64,000 bases of DNA, from the NCBI GenBank assembly GCA_041750285.1, contig JBGSZS010000018.1, positions 160,001-224,000 on the forward strand. The letters run 5' to 3'. This stretch comes from Candidatus Fermentibacteraceae bacterium. GTDB taxonomy: Bacteria; Fermentibacterota; Fermentibacteria; Fermentibacterales; JCC-6. Below, piece after piece: positions 8,349 to 18,130 of this stretch. Each line of letters begins with the position of its first letter. Position 1 is the first letter of the stretch. The notes beneath the pieces were generated by a model. It saw nothing but the letters and a program-made list of their open reading frames with translations, made no database searches and was not told the DNA's origin. The position numbers were made by a program, and so were the translations under genes.

Positions 8349-10216
8349 TACCTGCCACCTCCCAGGCTGAGGAAACGCTCAGGATAGGTGTTCAGGGCAG
8401 CCGACCACTCCTGCAGCTTCTCCACCCTCTTCACATCGTCTTCGGGAAGGTTGAAGGGCCTGCGGCCCCTTCCGTCCAGCACCAGCCCGACAACGCCGCC
8501 CTCGAGGGTTCCCGTCCAGGTCCTTCCGGGGCCTTCGCCCACGTCGAGCCCCTTCGCGGGAACGATTTCCGCGCTGACCTTCTCTCCCGTACCCAGGGGG
8601 ATCAGTTTCATGACTCCGGAGTTTATGCCCTCGGTCCTTGTCGAGCCGTCGGGCATGGTCATTCTCACCTCGGCCAGCGGGCCTCCCCGCTTCACCGGAC
8701 CCGCCGGGGCAACGCAGTGTCCGAGCTTTATGAGGCAGTCGTTGTCGAAGACCTCGGTTGCGGCCTGTGGATGGACCTCGCTGAGCACTCCAAGATGGGG
8801 CATCATGAAGATCGAGTCGACCGCCAGCATGGTCACGCCCTCCGGAAGGAAGCTGTCGATGAGCATGTGGGCGGTCTGGCACCTGCGGGGAGCGTGGCTC
8901 AGAACGCCTCCCGACCCTATGAGAAGGTCGAGAGCCATCATGTCCACCAGGGTTGCGCCCGACGAGCTCTGGTCGAAGGCGTCACCGATGGTCCTTTCCT
9001 GGGCGACTCCCTTCAGCCCCACGGCAAGCTCCCTGTGCTGAACCAGCGCAAGCCTCAGGGCCTCGCGTGCTATCGCCTGCTCGATGATGAGCTCCTCAAG
9101 CTCCTGCGGGATCGTGGTGGGCCTGATCATCTTGTTGCGGATGCGGTTGCGCAGGTCGGCCTCGTCCATGTGGAACGGAACCCAGCGCATGACGTTCTCC
9201 ATCCCGGCGCTTGCCAGGACGTTGCTCACCGAGTAGCTCATGCCGAGGTTGGCGCTGACGGTCCGGTTGAACACGGGCTGTCCCTCGCTGTCGAACACAC
9301 TGAAGACGTCAGTGGTAGCTCCGCCGATATCAACACCCATCACATGGATGTTCAACTGCCCTGCAACCGTCTCGATCAGTTTCCCCACAGCGCCGGGAGT
9401 GGGCATGATCGGAACGTTGCGCCATTTCCCGTTCTCGTACAGACCCGTCCACTCCATCAGTTTTGCGTAGCCTGGAGCCTGTGCCATCACGTGCTCCATG
9501 AAGAGCTCGTGGATCGTGTCGCGGGCGGGGCTCAGATTCTCCCGTTCAAGCACGGGGCGCAGGTTGTCAACGATCTTGAGCTCGACGGTCTCGCCGAGCT
9601 GGTCGGCAACAGCCTTCCTGGCATCCTTGTTGCCGGCGTAGATGACGGGAAGCTTGTAGCCCACACCAAACCTGGGTTTGGGGTCGGCGGCGCGGATGAT
9701 CTCGGCAAGCTCCACAACATGGTCCATCGTGCCGCCGTCGATACCGCCGGAGAGAAGGATCATGTCGGGGCGAAGGCGGCGGATGTCGGCCACCTTCTCG
9801 TGGGGGAGCCTTCCGTCGTTGGAGGCCACCACGTCCATCACTATCGCGCCCGCGCCAAGAGCAGCCCTTTGCGCGCTCTCGCCGGTCATGGATTTAACCA
9901 CGCCAGCCACCGTCATCTGAAGACCGCCGCCCGCGGAGGATGTGGAGCAGTAAACGTCCACGCCCCTGCCGTCCTCCGAAACCAGGACCCCGTCCTTCTC
10001 GTCGTTAAGGAACTGCCTTCCCTCGAGATCCTCGATCTCGCCAACCGCGTTGAGAACGCCCTTTGTCACGTCCTCCGCAGGCGCCTCCACGGTCGTCGGG
10101 GCCTCACCGCGGCGTATCAGCCTGTACCGGCCGTCACGCCACTCGATGAGTATCGACTTGGTGGTGGTGCTGCCGCAGTCAGTCGCCAGGATGCTCTTGA
10201 TTTCCCTCGCGGCCAC
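8348..10216 (-). CDS. Glutamate mutase L (GlmL/MutL-type) family ASKHA ATPase-like protein
   Basis: N-terminal ATDCGSTTTK; STSSAGGGL; ILLSGGIDGG; MPTPGAV; VDIGGATTDVFS; IGSGGVLSHAP. These motifs are typical of GlmL-family reactivase-like proteins. Confidence 0.85.
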   Translation of the reverse strand: MAAREIKSILATDCGSTTTKSILIEWRDGRYRLIRRGEAPTTVEAPAEDVTKGVLNAVGEIEDLEGRQFLNDEKDGVLVSEDGRGVDVYCSTSSAGGGLQMTVAGVVKSMTGESAQRAALGAGAIVMDVVASNDGRLPHEKVADIRRLRPDMILLSGGIDGGTMDHVVELAEIIRAADPKPRFGVGYKLPVIYAGNKDARKAVADQLGETVELKIVDNLRPVLERENLSPARDTIHELFMEHVMAQAPGYAKLMEWTGLYENGKWRNVPIMPTPGAVGKLIETVAGQLNIHVMGVDIGGATTDVFSVFDSEGQPVFNRTVSANLGMSYSVSNVLASAGMENVMRWVPFHMDEADLRNRIRNKMIRPTTIPQELEELIIEQAIAREALRLALVQHRELAVGLKGVAQERTIGDAFDQSSSGATLVDMMALDLLIGSGGVLSHAPRRCQTAHMLIDSFLPEGVTMLAVDSIFMMPHLGVLSEVHPQAATEVFDNDCLIKLGHCVAPAGPVKRGGPLAEVRMTMPDGSTRTEGINSGVMKLIPLGTGEKVSAEIVPAKGLDVGEGPGRTWTGTLEGGVVGLVLDGRGRRPFNLPEDDVKRVEKLQEWSAALNTYPERFLSLGGGR

Positions 10217-10625
10217 TGCCGTCCTCCTTCAGTTCGTTGTCCCGCCCGGTTCCGTCCTTGCCGGAGAAAAGCCCGCGGCGTTTCCGGCGTGCCGGCCCCG
10301 CCGCTTTCCTCCTGGTGGCATCCCGGGCGTTCTCCTCCTCTATGGCTACTGCAAGCTTCTCGATGTTATCGCGCTCTTCCATCAGGCGAACGAAACGGTA
10401 ATAGTCCCCGGAAGATACAACAAGCGATACGATGGGGTTCAAAAAAACAAGGGCCTGGCTTCCCAGGAACGACAGTGGTTTCACCATCTCCAGAAGCATG
10501 ATGGCCGGAACGGTCATCTCCCTTTCAACGATTTTCTTCGCTATCTTTTCGAACAGTTCCGCCGCAGCTTCCGGCGTGTCGTTCTTATAGTCCTCGGGGT
10601 TCAACCCTGGTCCGAATAAATTCAA
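10179..10625 (-). CDS. Hypothetical protein
   Basis: 148 aa, TTG start; core KIAKKIVEREMTVPAIMLLEMVKPLSFLGSQ. Lies within the operon. Confidence 0.75.
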   Translation of the reverse strand: MNLFGPGLNPEDYKNDTPEAAAELFEKIAKKIVEREMTVPAIMLLEMVKPLSFLGSQALVFLNPIVSLVVSSGDYYRFVRLMEERDNIEKLAVAIEEENARDATRRKAAGPARRKRRGLFSGKDGTGRDNELKEDGSGREGNQEHPGD

Positions 10626-11025
10626 GAACTTCCTTCCTGTTCCCTGAAAACTGCAGTGACAGCCCCCGGAACTTGGCGAGCCTTGTCGGCGTGGGGAAAG
10701 GGCTCAGAAGAACACCGTTCCTGTCGGGGATGACACTTTTCACCTGGCTCCAGCCCCTGCTCTCGGTTCCGAAAACCGACTTCTTGCAGGCGCCCTTTTC
10801 GTCGAGGGTGTACAGGGCGGGCAGAAACCAGTTCCACATCGCCAGAAAAAGAAGCCCGCACCCGAGAACACCCCACCAGAGGTTCTCCATGAAAAGCGCC
10901 GCGGCAAGTGAAGAGACGAGTATCATGGCGACGAGTGCAACGGTGCCCCATGGTCTTTCCCTTGCGGGGTGGGAGGTCCATCGAAGGACCTCCCCGCCCC
11001 CGGAAGCTTCAGCGCCGCAGGTCAG
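10585..11025 (-). CDS. Hypothetical membrane protein (two TM helices plus a PH-like tail)
   Basis: ORF track gives 10585..10926, but the frame stays open upstream (RWTSHPARERPWG) to a CTG at 11025 that overlaps the gcvPB stop and follows GGAGG. Start is tentative. Confidence 0.7.
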   Translation of the reverse strand: MTCGAEASGGGEVLRWTSHPARERPWGTVALVAMILVSSLAAALFMENLWWGVLGCGLLFLAMWNWFLPALYTLDEKGACKKSVFGTESRGWSQVKSVIPDRNGVLLSPFPTPTRLAKFRGLSLQFSGNRKEVLEFIRTRVEPRGL

Positions 11026-12467
11026 GATTCCTCCCGCGGTTCGACAACGACAAGTTCCTTGGCGGCCTTGACCTCGTCAAGTCTGAGCACCGGCGTGTTC
11101 ACCGGGGCGTCAGTGAGAAGGTGGGGCTTCTCCCGGGCTTCCCTGGCGATGGCGATGAGCGCTTCGGCGAACTCGTCGATACTCTCCATCGTTTCGGTTT
11201 CGGTCGGCTCCATCATGAGGGCTTCCTTCACTATGAGAGGAAAGTAGACCGTGGGAGCATGGAAACCGTAATCAAGCAGCCTCTTGGCCACATCGAGCGT
11301 CTTCAGGCCGAGCCCGGCCATCTCGGGGCCGCCCGCCACGAATTCGTGCATGCAGGGGCCGTTGTCGAAGGGAACGGGATAATGCCCCCTGAGCCTCGCC
11401 TTCAGGTAGTTGGCGTTCACCACAGCGCCCTCGGTGACCTCGCGCAACCCCGCGGCGCCAAGCGTCATGATGTACGCGTAGGCCCTGTAGAGAACGCCGA
11501 CGTTGCCGTGGAAGGCCATGAGCCTGCCGAATGACGTGTTGCCCATGCCGGAGAGGGCGTAGCCGTCATTGTTCTTCACGACGACGGGGTTGGGAAGGTA
11601 TGGCTCGAGCCTTTCGTTGCAGCACACCGGTCCAGAACCCGGACCCCCACCCCCGTGCGGGGTGCTGAAGGTCTTGTGAAGGTTGAGGTGGCAGACGTCG
11701 AAGCCCATGTCACCGGGACGGGCAACACCCAGCATGGCGTTCATGTTGGCGCCGTCCATGTAGTTGAGACCGCCGGCCCTGTGAACGGCCTCGGTGATCT
11801 CGAGTATGTTGCTGTCGAACAGGCCGAGGGTGTTGGGGTTGGTCAGCATCAGAGCGGCGGTGTCGGGGCCGACCTTCGCCTTCACGTCTTCAACGTCGAC
11901 CATTCCGTGATCGTTGGATTTCACGGGCACGACCTTCATCCCGGCCATGGTGCTCGTGGCAGGGTTCGTGCCGTGGGCGCTGTCGGGCATGAGCACCTTG
12001 TCCCGGCCCGGTTCCCCGGCGGCGAGGTGTGCGCTTCTGATTAGCATGAGGCCGGTGAACTCGCCCTGGGCGCCGGCGGCAGGCTGAAGGGTCACGCCGC
12101 TGAAGCCGGTTATCTCGCAAAGGCATGTTCCCAGGGCGTGCATGAGCTCTAGCGTGCCCTGTACGGTGTGGTCGGGCGAGAGCGGATGCAGAGCCGCGAG
12201 CCCGGGTATCCTGGCAAGGGCTTCGTGAAGCCTGGGGTTGTACTTCATGGTGCACGACCCCAGCGGATAGATGCCCTTCTCGATGTTGTAGTTCCTGTTG
12301 GAAAGCCTTACGAAATGCCTCATGACCTGTCCCTCGGTGACCTGGGGCAGACCTATCTCACCGGTTCTGGCCAGATCATTGGGGATCTCGGTCTCCGGGA
12401 CGTCGCACTCGGGCAGCGAAACACCGATCCTGCCCGGACAACTGATGGCAAAAAGCGTCTTCTCCAT
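11022..12467 (-). CDS. gcvPB: Glycine dehydrogenase (decarboxylating) subunit 2
   Basis: YPLGSCTMKYNP, SAHGTNPA and PLP-lysine motif HLNLHKTFSTPHGGGGPG. Start MEKTLF at 12467 (TGATG overlap). Confidence 0.97.
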   Translation of the reverse strand: MEKTLFAISCPGRIGVSLPECDVPETEIPNDLARTGEIGLPQVTEGQVMRHFVRLSNRNYNIEKGIYPLGSCTMKYNPRLHEALARIPGLAALHPLSPDHTVQGTLELMHALGTCLCEITGFSGVTLQPAAGAQGEFTGLMLIRSAHLAAGEPGRDKVLMPDSAHGTNPATSTMAGMKVVPVKSNDHGMVDVEDVKAKVGPDTAALMLTNPNTLGLFDSNILEITEAVHRAGGLNYMDGANMNAMLGVARPGDMGFDVCHLNLHKTFSTPHGGGGPGSGPVCCNERLEPYLPNPVVVKNNDGYALSGMGNTSFGRLMAFHGNVGVLYRAYAYIMTLGAAGLREVTEGAVVNANYLKARLRGHYPVPFDNGPCMHEFVAGGPEMAGLGLKTLDVAKRLLDYGFHAPTVYFPLIVKEALMMEPTETETMESIDEFAEALIAIAREAREKPHLLTDAPVNTPVLRLDEVKAAKELVVVEPREES

Positions 12468-13810
12468 CAGCGCACCTCCCCGCATGCCTTCGAGAAAGCT
12501 CCGATGAAGGCATCCATCTCTTCCCTGGTCCTCTTCTCCGTGACTGCGAAAAGCATGGCGTCGTTGCCCAGACCCGGGACGGGAAGGCCCGGGAGGAACC
12601 CGGCGGACAGGAGCCTGTCCTCGAATTCGAAGGCGTCGCCGGGTAGCCTCAGCGCAAACTCCCTTACGAAGGGTGCGCTGAATATCCGCCTGGCCCCGGC
12701 CTTTACGAGACCGGCCTCGAGGTAGTGCGCCTTGTGATGGCACTGCCGGGCTATCTCCCTGAACCCGGCCTCGCCGGTGAGTGAGAGGTAGACGGCGTTG
12801 GCGAGTGCCATGAGGGCCTGGTTGGTGCAGATGTTGCTTGTCGCCTTCTCGCGGCGGATGTGCTGCTCGCGGGTCTGAAGTGTCATGACGTAACCGGTGT
12901 TGCCGGCCCTGTCTTCGGTGCGGCCGATGATCCGGCCCGGCATCTTGCGAAGGTGTGCCGTGGAAGTTGCAAGAAAGCCCGCGTACGGACCGCCGAAGCC
13001 CATCGGTATCCCGAGGGGTTGCCCGTCGCCCACCACAATGTCTGCGCCGAGCGCGCCGGGTGCCTGGATGACGCCAAGACTTATGGGGTCGGCAACGACT
13101 ACAAGAAGTGCATTGTTGGCGCGGGCTGTCTCCGATGCAAGGGCGATGTTCTCGACCAGGCCGAAGTAGTTGGGGCTCTGAACCACCATTGCGGCCGCGC
13201 CACCCTGAATGAGGGTGCGGACGGCTCCAGGGTCGAGAAGGCCGTCGGGGCCGAAGGGGATCTCGTTGATCTGAAAACCGCCGGGGACGAGGTAGGTTTC
13301 GATGACTTCGCGGTACGACGGATTGAGGCTGCCGGCAACAAGCACCCTGTTCACTCCCGTGACCCGCATGGCCATCAGGGCGGCTTCCGCGGTTGCGCTT
13401 GCCCCGTCATACATTCCGGCATTGGCGGCCTCGGTTCCGCAGAGCCGGGCGATCATGGTCTGGTATTCGAAAATGGCCTGCAGCGTGCCCTGGCTTACCT
13501 CGGCCTGGTACGGGGTGTACGCAGTAAAGAACTCGCTGCGGGTGAGGATGCTGTCTACCGCAGCCGGAATGAAGTGATCGTAGGAACCCGCGCCCCTGAA
13601 ACACACCAGCTCGTGTGAGGTATTGCTTTTCGCGAGCCGTGCGTATTCCCGGACGAGTTCCATCTCCGACATGGCCGGTGGAAGGTTGAGAAGACCCCTC
13701 ATCCGGACTTTTTCGGGAACGGGAGTGAAAAGGTCTTCAACCCTTTTCACGCCGATCTCTGTCAGCATCCGGTCTCTCAGGGTCCTGCAGTTTGGGACGA
13801 ACCTGTTCAT
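12467..13810 (-). CDS. gcvPA: Glycine dehydrogenase (decarboxylating) subunit 1
   Basis: FTAYTPYQAEVSQG and LQTREQHIRREKATSNICTNQAL. Confidence 0.97.
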   Translation of the reverse strand: MNRFVPNCRTLRDRMLTEIGVKRVEDLFTPVPEKVRMRGLLNLPPAMSEMELVREYARLAKSNTSHELVCFRGAGSYDHFIPAAVDSILTRSEFFTAYTPYQAEVSQGTLQAIFEYQTMIARLCGTEAANAGMYDGASATAEAALMAMRVTGVNRVLVAGSLNPSYREVIETYLVPGGFQINEIPFGPDGLLDPGAVRTLIQGGAAAMVVQSPNYFGLVENIALASETARANNALLVVVADPISLGVIQAPGALGADIVVGDGQPLGIPMGFGGPYAGFLATSTAHLRKMPGRIIGRTEDRAGNTGYVMTLQTREQHIRREKATSNICTNQALMALANAVYLSLTGEAGFREIARQCHHKAHYLEAGLVKAGARRIFSAPFVREFALRLPGDAFEFEDRLLSAGFLPGLPVPGLGNDAMLFAVTEKRTREEMDAFIGAFSKACGEVR

Positions 13811-13819
13811 TTGTCGCCG

Positions 13820-14203
13820 CTACTCCCCGGCAAGGGTGCGGTACTGGTCCGGGGAGAGCAACTCGTCGTACTGGGCCGGATCAACCGCCCTGATTACGAC
13901 AAGCCAGCCTTCGCCGTAGGGGTCTTCGTTCACAAGACCGGGATTGCCGTCGAGTTCGCCGTTCACTTTCACGACCTTGCCGTCGAGGGGGGCGTAGAAG
14001 TCCTCGGCGGTTTTGACGGCCTCGATGGCGCCAAGGGCTTCTCCGCGGACCGCCTGGGCTCCCTGTGCGGGAAGTTCGACCATCACGATCTCACCCATTT
14101 CGTGCTGGGCGTGATCGGTGATGCCCATGATGTAGTCTTCGCCGTCCTTCTTCACCCACTCGTGGCTCTCGGTGTAGCGGATACCTTCGTCGATTCTGCT
14201 CAT
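13820..14203 (-). CDS. gcvH: Glycine cleavage system H protein
   Basis: YTESHEW, lipoyl-lysine motif EAVKTA, VNEDPYGEGW. Confidence 0.97.
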   Translation of the reverse strand: MSRIDEGIRYTESHEWVKKDGEDYIMGITDHAQHEMGEIVMVELPAQGAQAVRGEALGAIEAVKTAEDFYAPLDGKVVKVNGELDGNPGLVNEDPYGEGWLVVIRAVDPAQYDELLSPDQYRTLAGE

Positions 14204-14230
14204 TTGATCATCTCCCGGTTCAAATGCTCG

Positions 14231-15331
14231 TCAGCTTTTCCTGCTGCCGCCGCTGTAAAAGGGAATACCAACGACCTTGACGGGGATCCTCTTCCCCCTG
14301 ACTTCCGCTTCCATCTCGGTGCCGTTCTTCCTGACCCCGTACTCGACAAGCCCGAGGCAGACGCCCGTGTTCAGCGCGGGGGCGATACTTCCGCTGGTTA
14401 CGGTGCCGACCTGCCTGTCACCCTGAAAGAGGGGCGTTCCGTGACGGGGAAAACCCTTTCCGGTGACCGAGAGACCAACGAGGTTGCGGGCGGGTTTCTC
14501 GTCCCTCTGTCTCTCGAGTATCTCCCTCCCTATGAAGTCCTTCGGGGTCTTCAGTTTGACGACCCATCCCAGTTTGGCCTCGATTGGTGTGACGCTGTGG
14601 TCTATGTCGTTTCCGTAAAGGGGGTAGCCCACCTCGAGCCTGAGGGTATCCCGGGCTCCAAGACCGACGGGAACGATCCCGAACTCCCTGCCGGCTTCCA
14701 TTACCCCGTCCCATACCGCTTCGGCATCGCGGGAGTTCGTGTATATCTCGAACCCGTCCTCGCCGGTGTATCCGGTTCTTGCGATGAGGGCGGGCACTCC
14801 CGCGAACGTCCCCGTGAGGTGTTCGTAGTAGCCGACACCGTCAAGCGGGGCGTCGGTGAGTTTCGCGGCCACGGCCTGGGAATTCGGCCCCTGAATGGCC
14901 ACCAGGGCTGTTTCGTCGCTCTCGTCCGTTATCGACACGTCGAACCCGGTCATGTGGCTTTCCACCCAGGCCCAGTCCTTCTCGATGTTGGATGCGTTGA
15001 CCACCATGAGGTATTCCTGCCCGGATATCCTGTAGACTATCAGGTCGTCGACGATCCCGCCGTCGGGGTAGCACATGGTGCTGTAGTACGCCTTGCCCGG
15101 CTGAACCTCGGCGTCGTTCGTCAAAAGGTGATCAAGAAAGGCCGTGGCTCCAGCGCCCCTGACCCTGAACTCGCCCATGTGGCTGAGGTCGAACGCGCCA
15201 ACGGACCTTCTGACGGCCATGTGCTCACCTGTCACCCCGTCGTACCTGATGGGCATCAGATAACCGGCGAAGGGCTGAATATCGGCACCCAGAGCCATGT
15301 GCTTTGCAAAGAGGGGAGTTTTCTTCTCCAT
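14231..15331 (-). CDS. gcvT: Aminomethyltransferase (glycine cleavage T protein)
   Basis: KTPL...FDLSHMGE, RTGYTGEDGFE, GLGARDTLRLE. Start MEKKTPL at 15331. Confidence 0.97.
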   Translation of the reverse strand: MEKKTPLFAKHMALGADIQPFAGYLMPIRYDGVTGEHMAVRRSVGAFDLSHMGEFRVRGAGATAFLDHLLTNDAEVQPGKAYYSTMCYPDGGIVDDLIVYRISGQEYLMVVNASNIEKDWAWVESHMTGFDVSITDESDETALVAIQGPNSQAVAAKLTDAPLDGVGYYEHLTGTFAGVPALIARTGYTGEDGFEIYTNSRDAEAVWDGVMEAGREFGIVPVGLGARDTLRLEVGYPLYGNDIDHSVTPIEAKLGWVVKLKTPKDFIGREILERQRDEKPARNLVGLSVTGKGFPRHGTPLFQGDRQVGTVTSGSIAPALNTGVCLGLVEYGVRKNGTEMEAEVRGKRIPVKVVGIPFYSGGSRKS

Positions 15332-15436
15332 GGGCCATACCCTTCTGTTCGAGCGGATGGAACGGTGCTGAACCGTCCCGAAAGAAAAGAAAAAAACACA
15401 CGCAAATGTATTCAACAAACCCGGATTACGCAACGG

Positions 15437-15466
15437 TTGACCTGATTCGCGGCGGCTCCGTATCAT
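15437..15466 (+). promoter_or_regulatory. Putative sigma70 promoter
   Basis: TTGACC-18 nt-TATCAT upstream of the ORF at 15500. Confidence 0.45.
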
Positions 15467-15499
15467 TCCGCGGGGCAGGACGAAGGGGGGACGGTACCC

Positions 15500-16045
15500 A
15501 TGCGATGCGTGATCTCAAGGCGGGCTATGGGAAGGATCAGCCGCGAAACCGGCGACCCCTCCGTCAGGGAGGCATTGATATCCGAGGCATGGCTCAGGAA
15601 ATGGCTGTCACTCCGGGGAGTGCCTTGCTGGACGGCACCGTCGCTGCCCGGAACACCTCACAGGTACGGCCTGGTCACCCGGGACGGCACGAGGATACTT
15701 GTCGTTCCGCGTCTGGCGCCTTCAACGCTGGATGACGCCACAGGAGCACGCTGCAGCGTCACGGCCGTGGTGAACCCCGTCCCGGGGACCGGAGAGGGGG
15801 ATTTTCAGGGCTGGCTGACGCTTGCCGGACTTCAGGGATCCCGGTCCGTTCCAGACCTGAACCCTCCGGATGAGCTGCCGGGGTTCCTCGGTGTTCCCCG
15901 GCACTATGCCGTCGCGTATATTGAGGGCAGCATCAGGCTGTTCGTTGCAGGAGAACCCGAACCTCCCGCAAAGGGTCTTGAGGGTGTCTGGACATACTCT
16001 CCGCGTCCGCGGTCAAAGGCGGGGGAATTGCATGCCGAGCATTGA
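15500..16045 (+). CDS. Hypothetical protein
   Basis: 181-aa ORF filling the gap between the promoter and the diguanylate cyclase, whose start it overlaps. No motif recognised with confidence. Confidence 0.6.
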   Translation: MRCVISRRAMGRISRETGDPSVREALISEAWLRKWLSLRGVPCWTAPSLPGTPHRYGLVTRDGTRILVVPRLAPSTLDDATGARCSVTAVVNPVPGTGEGDFQGWLTLAGLQGSRSVPDLNPPDELPGFLGVPRHYAVAYIEGSIRLFVAGEPEPPAKGLEGVWTYSPRPRSKAGELHAEH

Positions 16046-18122
16046 TATCGAACGCGATGCCGATGGGGATTCCCCACAGGACGGGTTCACCCGCGAGCTT
16101 CTGAACTCGGACACCGAAGGTGTCGTGCTGTGCGACGGCAACCACACCATCGTCGCAGTGAACGGCATGTTCCAGAAAATGTTCGGCTACCCGGAGAAGG
16201 ATGCCCTGGGAAAGTGCATCGACAGCCTCATAGTCCCCCCCCAGCTCGCGCTGGAGGCGGCTGAGATAACGGTATCCGTTTCCGGGGGGAGACCGGTATC
16301 GATGGAAACCGTCAGGACCAGATCGGACGGTTCACCGCTTTCCGTCTCGGTTCTGGCGTCCAGATGCTCCACCTCATGGGAACGTTGTTCCTACTATGCC
16401 ATATACCGGATCCTGACCCGTCAGGAGGGACGCAGACGAAGGAAGGGAGAGAACACCGATTCGGGCTTCCTCACCTCCCTGTTCCAGGACGCCGAAGAAC
16501 CGGGGCTGTTCACCGACGCCGGCAACAGGGTGACCGCCGTCAACCACTCCTTCTGCAGGCAGTTCGGCTGGAAACCCGAGGAACTCCTGAACGAAACCGT
16601 GACCGACGTGCTTGTCCCGCCCGACCTTCATGCCGGGGAATCGCGGGTGCTCGAAAGGATAGCCACCGGAACCATCGTCAAGGCAGACACCGCTGTCCTT
16701 GACGCCTACGGAGCCAGGCGCCGTACCGGCATGCTGGCGGTTCCTGTTTCTCTTTCTGACGGAACGATGGGCACTTACAGGGCCTACAACCCGACCGATC
16801 TGCCCACGGCCGAATTCATGGCGGTCAAGGGCCGTAACCGCTTCCAGCCCCCTCCCTTCAAACACCTCCCAGGGCTTTTCTTCAGGGTCCGGAACGACTC
16901 GTGCCGAACCATCGATTTCCTCAGCCGCCCCACCACCGCCGAAGGCCGGAATGATCTCCTCCCTGTCGAGAACGGGCTTTCGACAGGTGTTCACGCGGAA
17001 GATTCGGGCAACCTCCGGTCGGTGCTTCAGGAATCCATGGAAACCGGCAGGCCATACCAGGTGACGTACCGGGTCAACACGGCTTCCGGGGAACGCTGGG
17101 TGCTTGAGCAGGGGTGCCCCGACGACGACAGGCTTGGCTTCGAGGGCTACATCGTAGACATAACGGCTTCAAAGAGGGTGGAGGAGATGGTCGCCAAGGC
17201 CCGGAAGCGCCTCGAAGACCTTCACGGAATAGCGAGCCTCCTTCAGAGAAGCGCCACCGAGTCGGAGATACACAGGATATGCTCAGAAGCCGCGTGCACC
17301 CTTCTCGACGCGGACTGCGGAATGGTCCTGACCTGTCACGACGGAGCCGTGCAGATCTCCCACAGGGCCAGAACCTCAAACTTCCCCTGTCCGGAGAACT
17401 GCTACCGGGACCTGGCCGTCATGGTGATGGAAACCGGCAAGCAGATGTCGTTCAACAGCCGTGACACGCACATCACGAACTGCTCGTTCGCCCGGAACGG
17501 AATCTGCAGGCCGCTCACGGAGAGATCGGTTTTTCTTGCCCTTTCCCACCGCGACGATGCCTTCACGGAATCCCTCGTGGGGATCACCGACCTGCTGCTG
17601 GGGTACGCCGAACAGTCTCTCCGCAGGATCGCGCTTCAGCGAAGACTGATAGACCAGGCGATCCACGACCCCCTGACGGGCACCTTCAACCGAAACCACT
17701 TCAACAGGCTCGTGGAACTGGAAGAGAACAGGGCCCGCCGGGACGGAACGACCCTGGGCTTCATCATGGTGGACGTGGACAACTTCAAGGCGATCAACGA
17801 CACAAGGGGCCACCAGACCGGCGACACGGTTCTGCGTGAGGTTGCCGCGGTGCTCCAGAGGGCTGTGCGCAAGGCCGACGCCGTGATCCGCTACGGCGGT
17901 GACGAATTCCTCATCATCCTTTCCAGGGTTGACTCCATGACGGAGATGGTCGAGGCCAGGATCCGCAAAATGCTTGGCAGGGAAGTCTTTCCCGGTTTCA
18001 GGGTAACGGTTTCGATGGGGCACTCACAGTGGGAACCGGGCCTCGGGTCATCGATAGACGAGGCCATCTCCCGGGCGGACCGGATGATGTACGAGGAGAA
18101 ACGCAGAAGGCTGACCACCTGA
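16032..18122 (+). CDS. PAS-PAS-PAS-GAF-like GGDEF diguanylate cyclase
   Basis: PAS repeats (VNGMFQKMFGY; VNHSFCRQFGW; ERWVLEQG), HDPLTG, DVDNFKAIND, RKAD inhibitory site and RYGGDEF. Start MPSIDIE at 16032. Confidence 0.93.
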   Translation: MPSIDIERDADGDSPQDGFTRELLNSDTEGVVLCDGNHTIVAVNGMFQKMFGYPEKDALGKCIDSLIVPPQLALEAAEITVSVSGGRPVSMETVRTRSDGSPLSVSVLASRCSTSWERCSYYAIYRILTRQEGRRRRKGENTDSGFLTSLFQDAEEPGLFTDAGNRVTAVNHSFCRQFGWKPEELLNETVTDVLVPPDLHAGESRVLERIATGTIVKADTAVLDAYGARRRTGMLAVPVSLSDGTMGTYRAYNPTDLPTAEFMAVKGRNRFQPPPFKHLPGLFFRVRNDSCRTIDFLSRPTTAEGRNDLLPVENGLSTGVHAEDSGNLRSVLQESMETGRPYQVTYRVNTASGERWVLEQGCPDDDRLGFEGYIVDITASKRVEEMVAKARKRLEDLHGIASLLQRSATESEIHRICSEAACTLLDADCGMVLTCHDGAVQISHRARTSNFPCPENCYRDLAVMVMETGKQMSFNSRDTHITNCSFARNGICRPLTERSVFLALSHRDDAFTESLVGITDLLLGYAEQSLRRIALQRRLIDQAIHDPLTGTFNRNHFNRLVELEENRARRDGTTLGFIMVDVDNFKAINDTRGHQTGDTVLREVAAVLQRAVRKADAVIRYGGDEFLIILSRVDSMTEMVEARIRKMLGREVFPGFRVTVSMGHSQWEPGLGSSIDEAISRADRMMYEEKRRRLTT

Positions 18123-18130
18123 GGGATCGC

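Noticed and set aside
8336..15445. Long plus-strand ORFs (8336..10501, 13811..15445) and many similar ones across the window
   Set aside because: They are antisense shadows of well-supported genes, expected in GC-rich DNA, with no motifs or RBS.
15332..15499. Glycine riboswitch upstream of gcvT
   Set aside because: Only a small hairpin (about 15359-15379) and an A/T tract are visible; I found no glycine-aptamer consensus.
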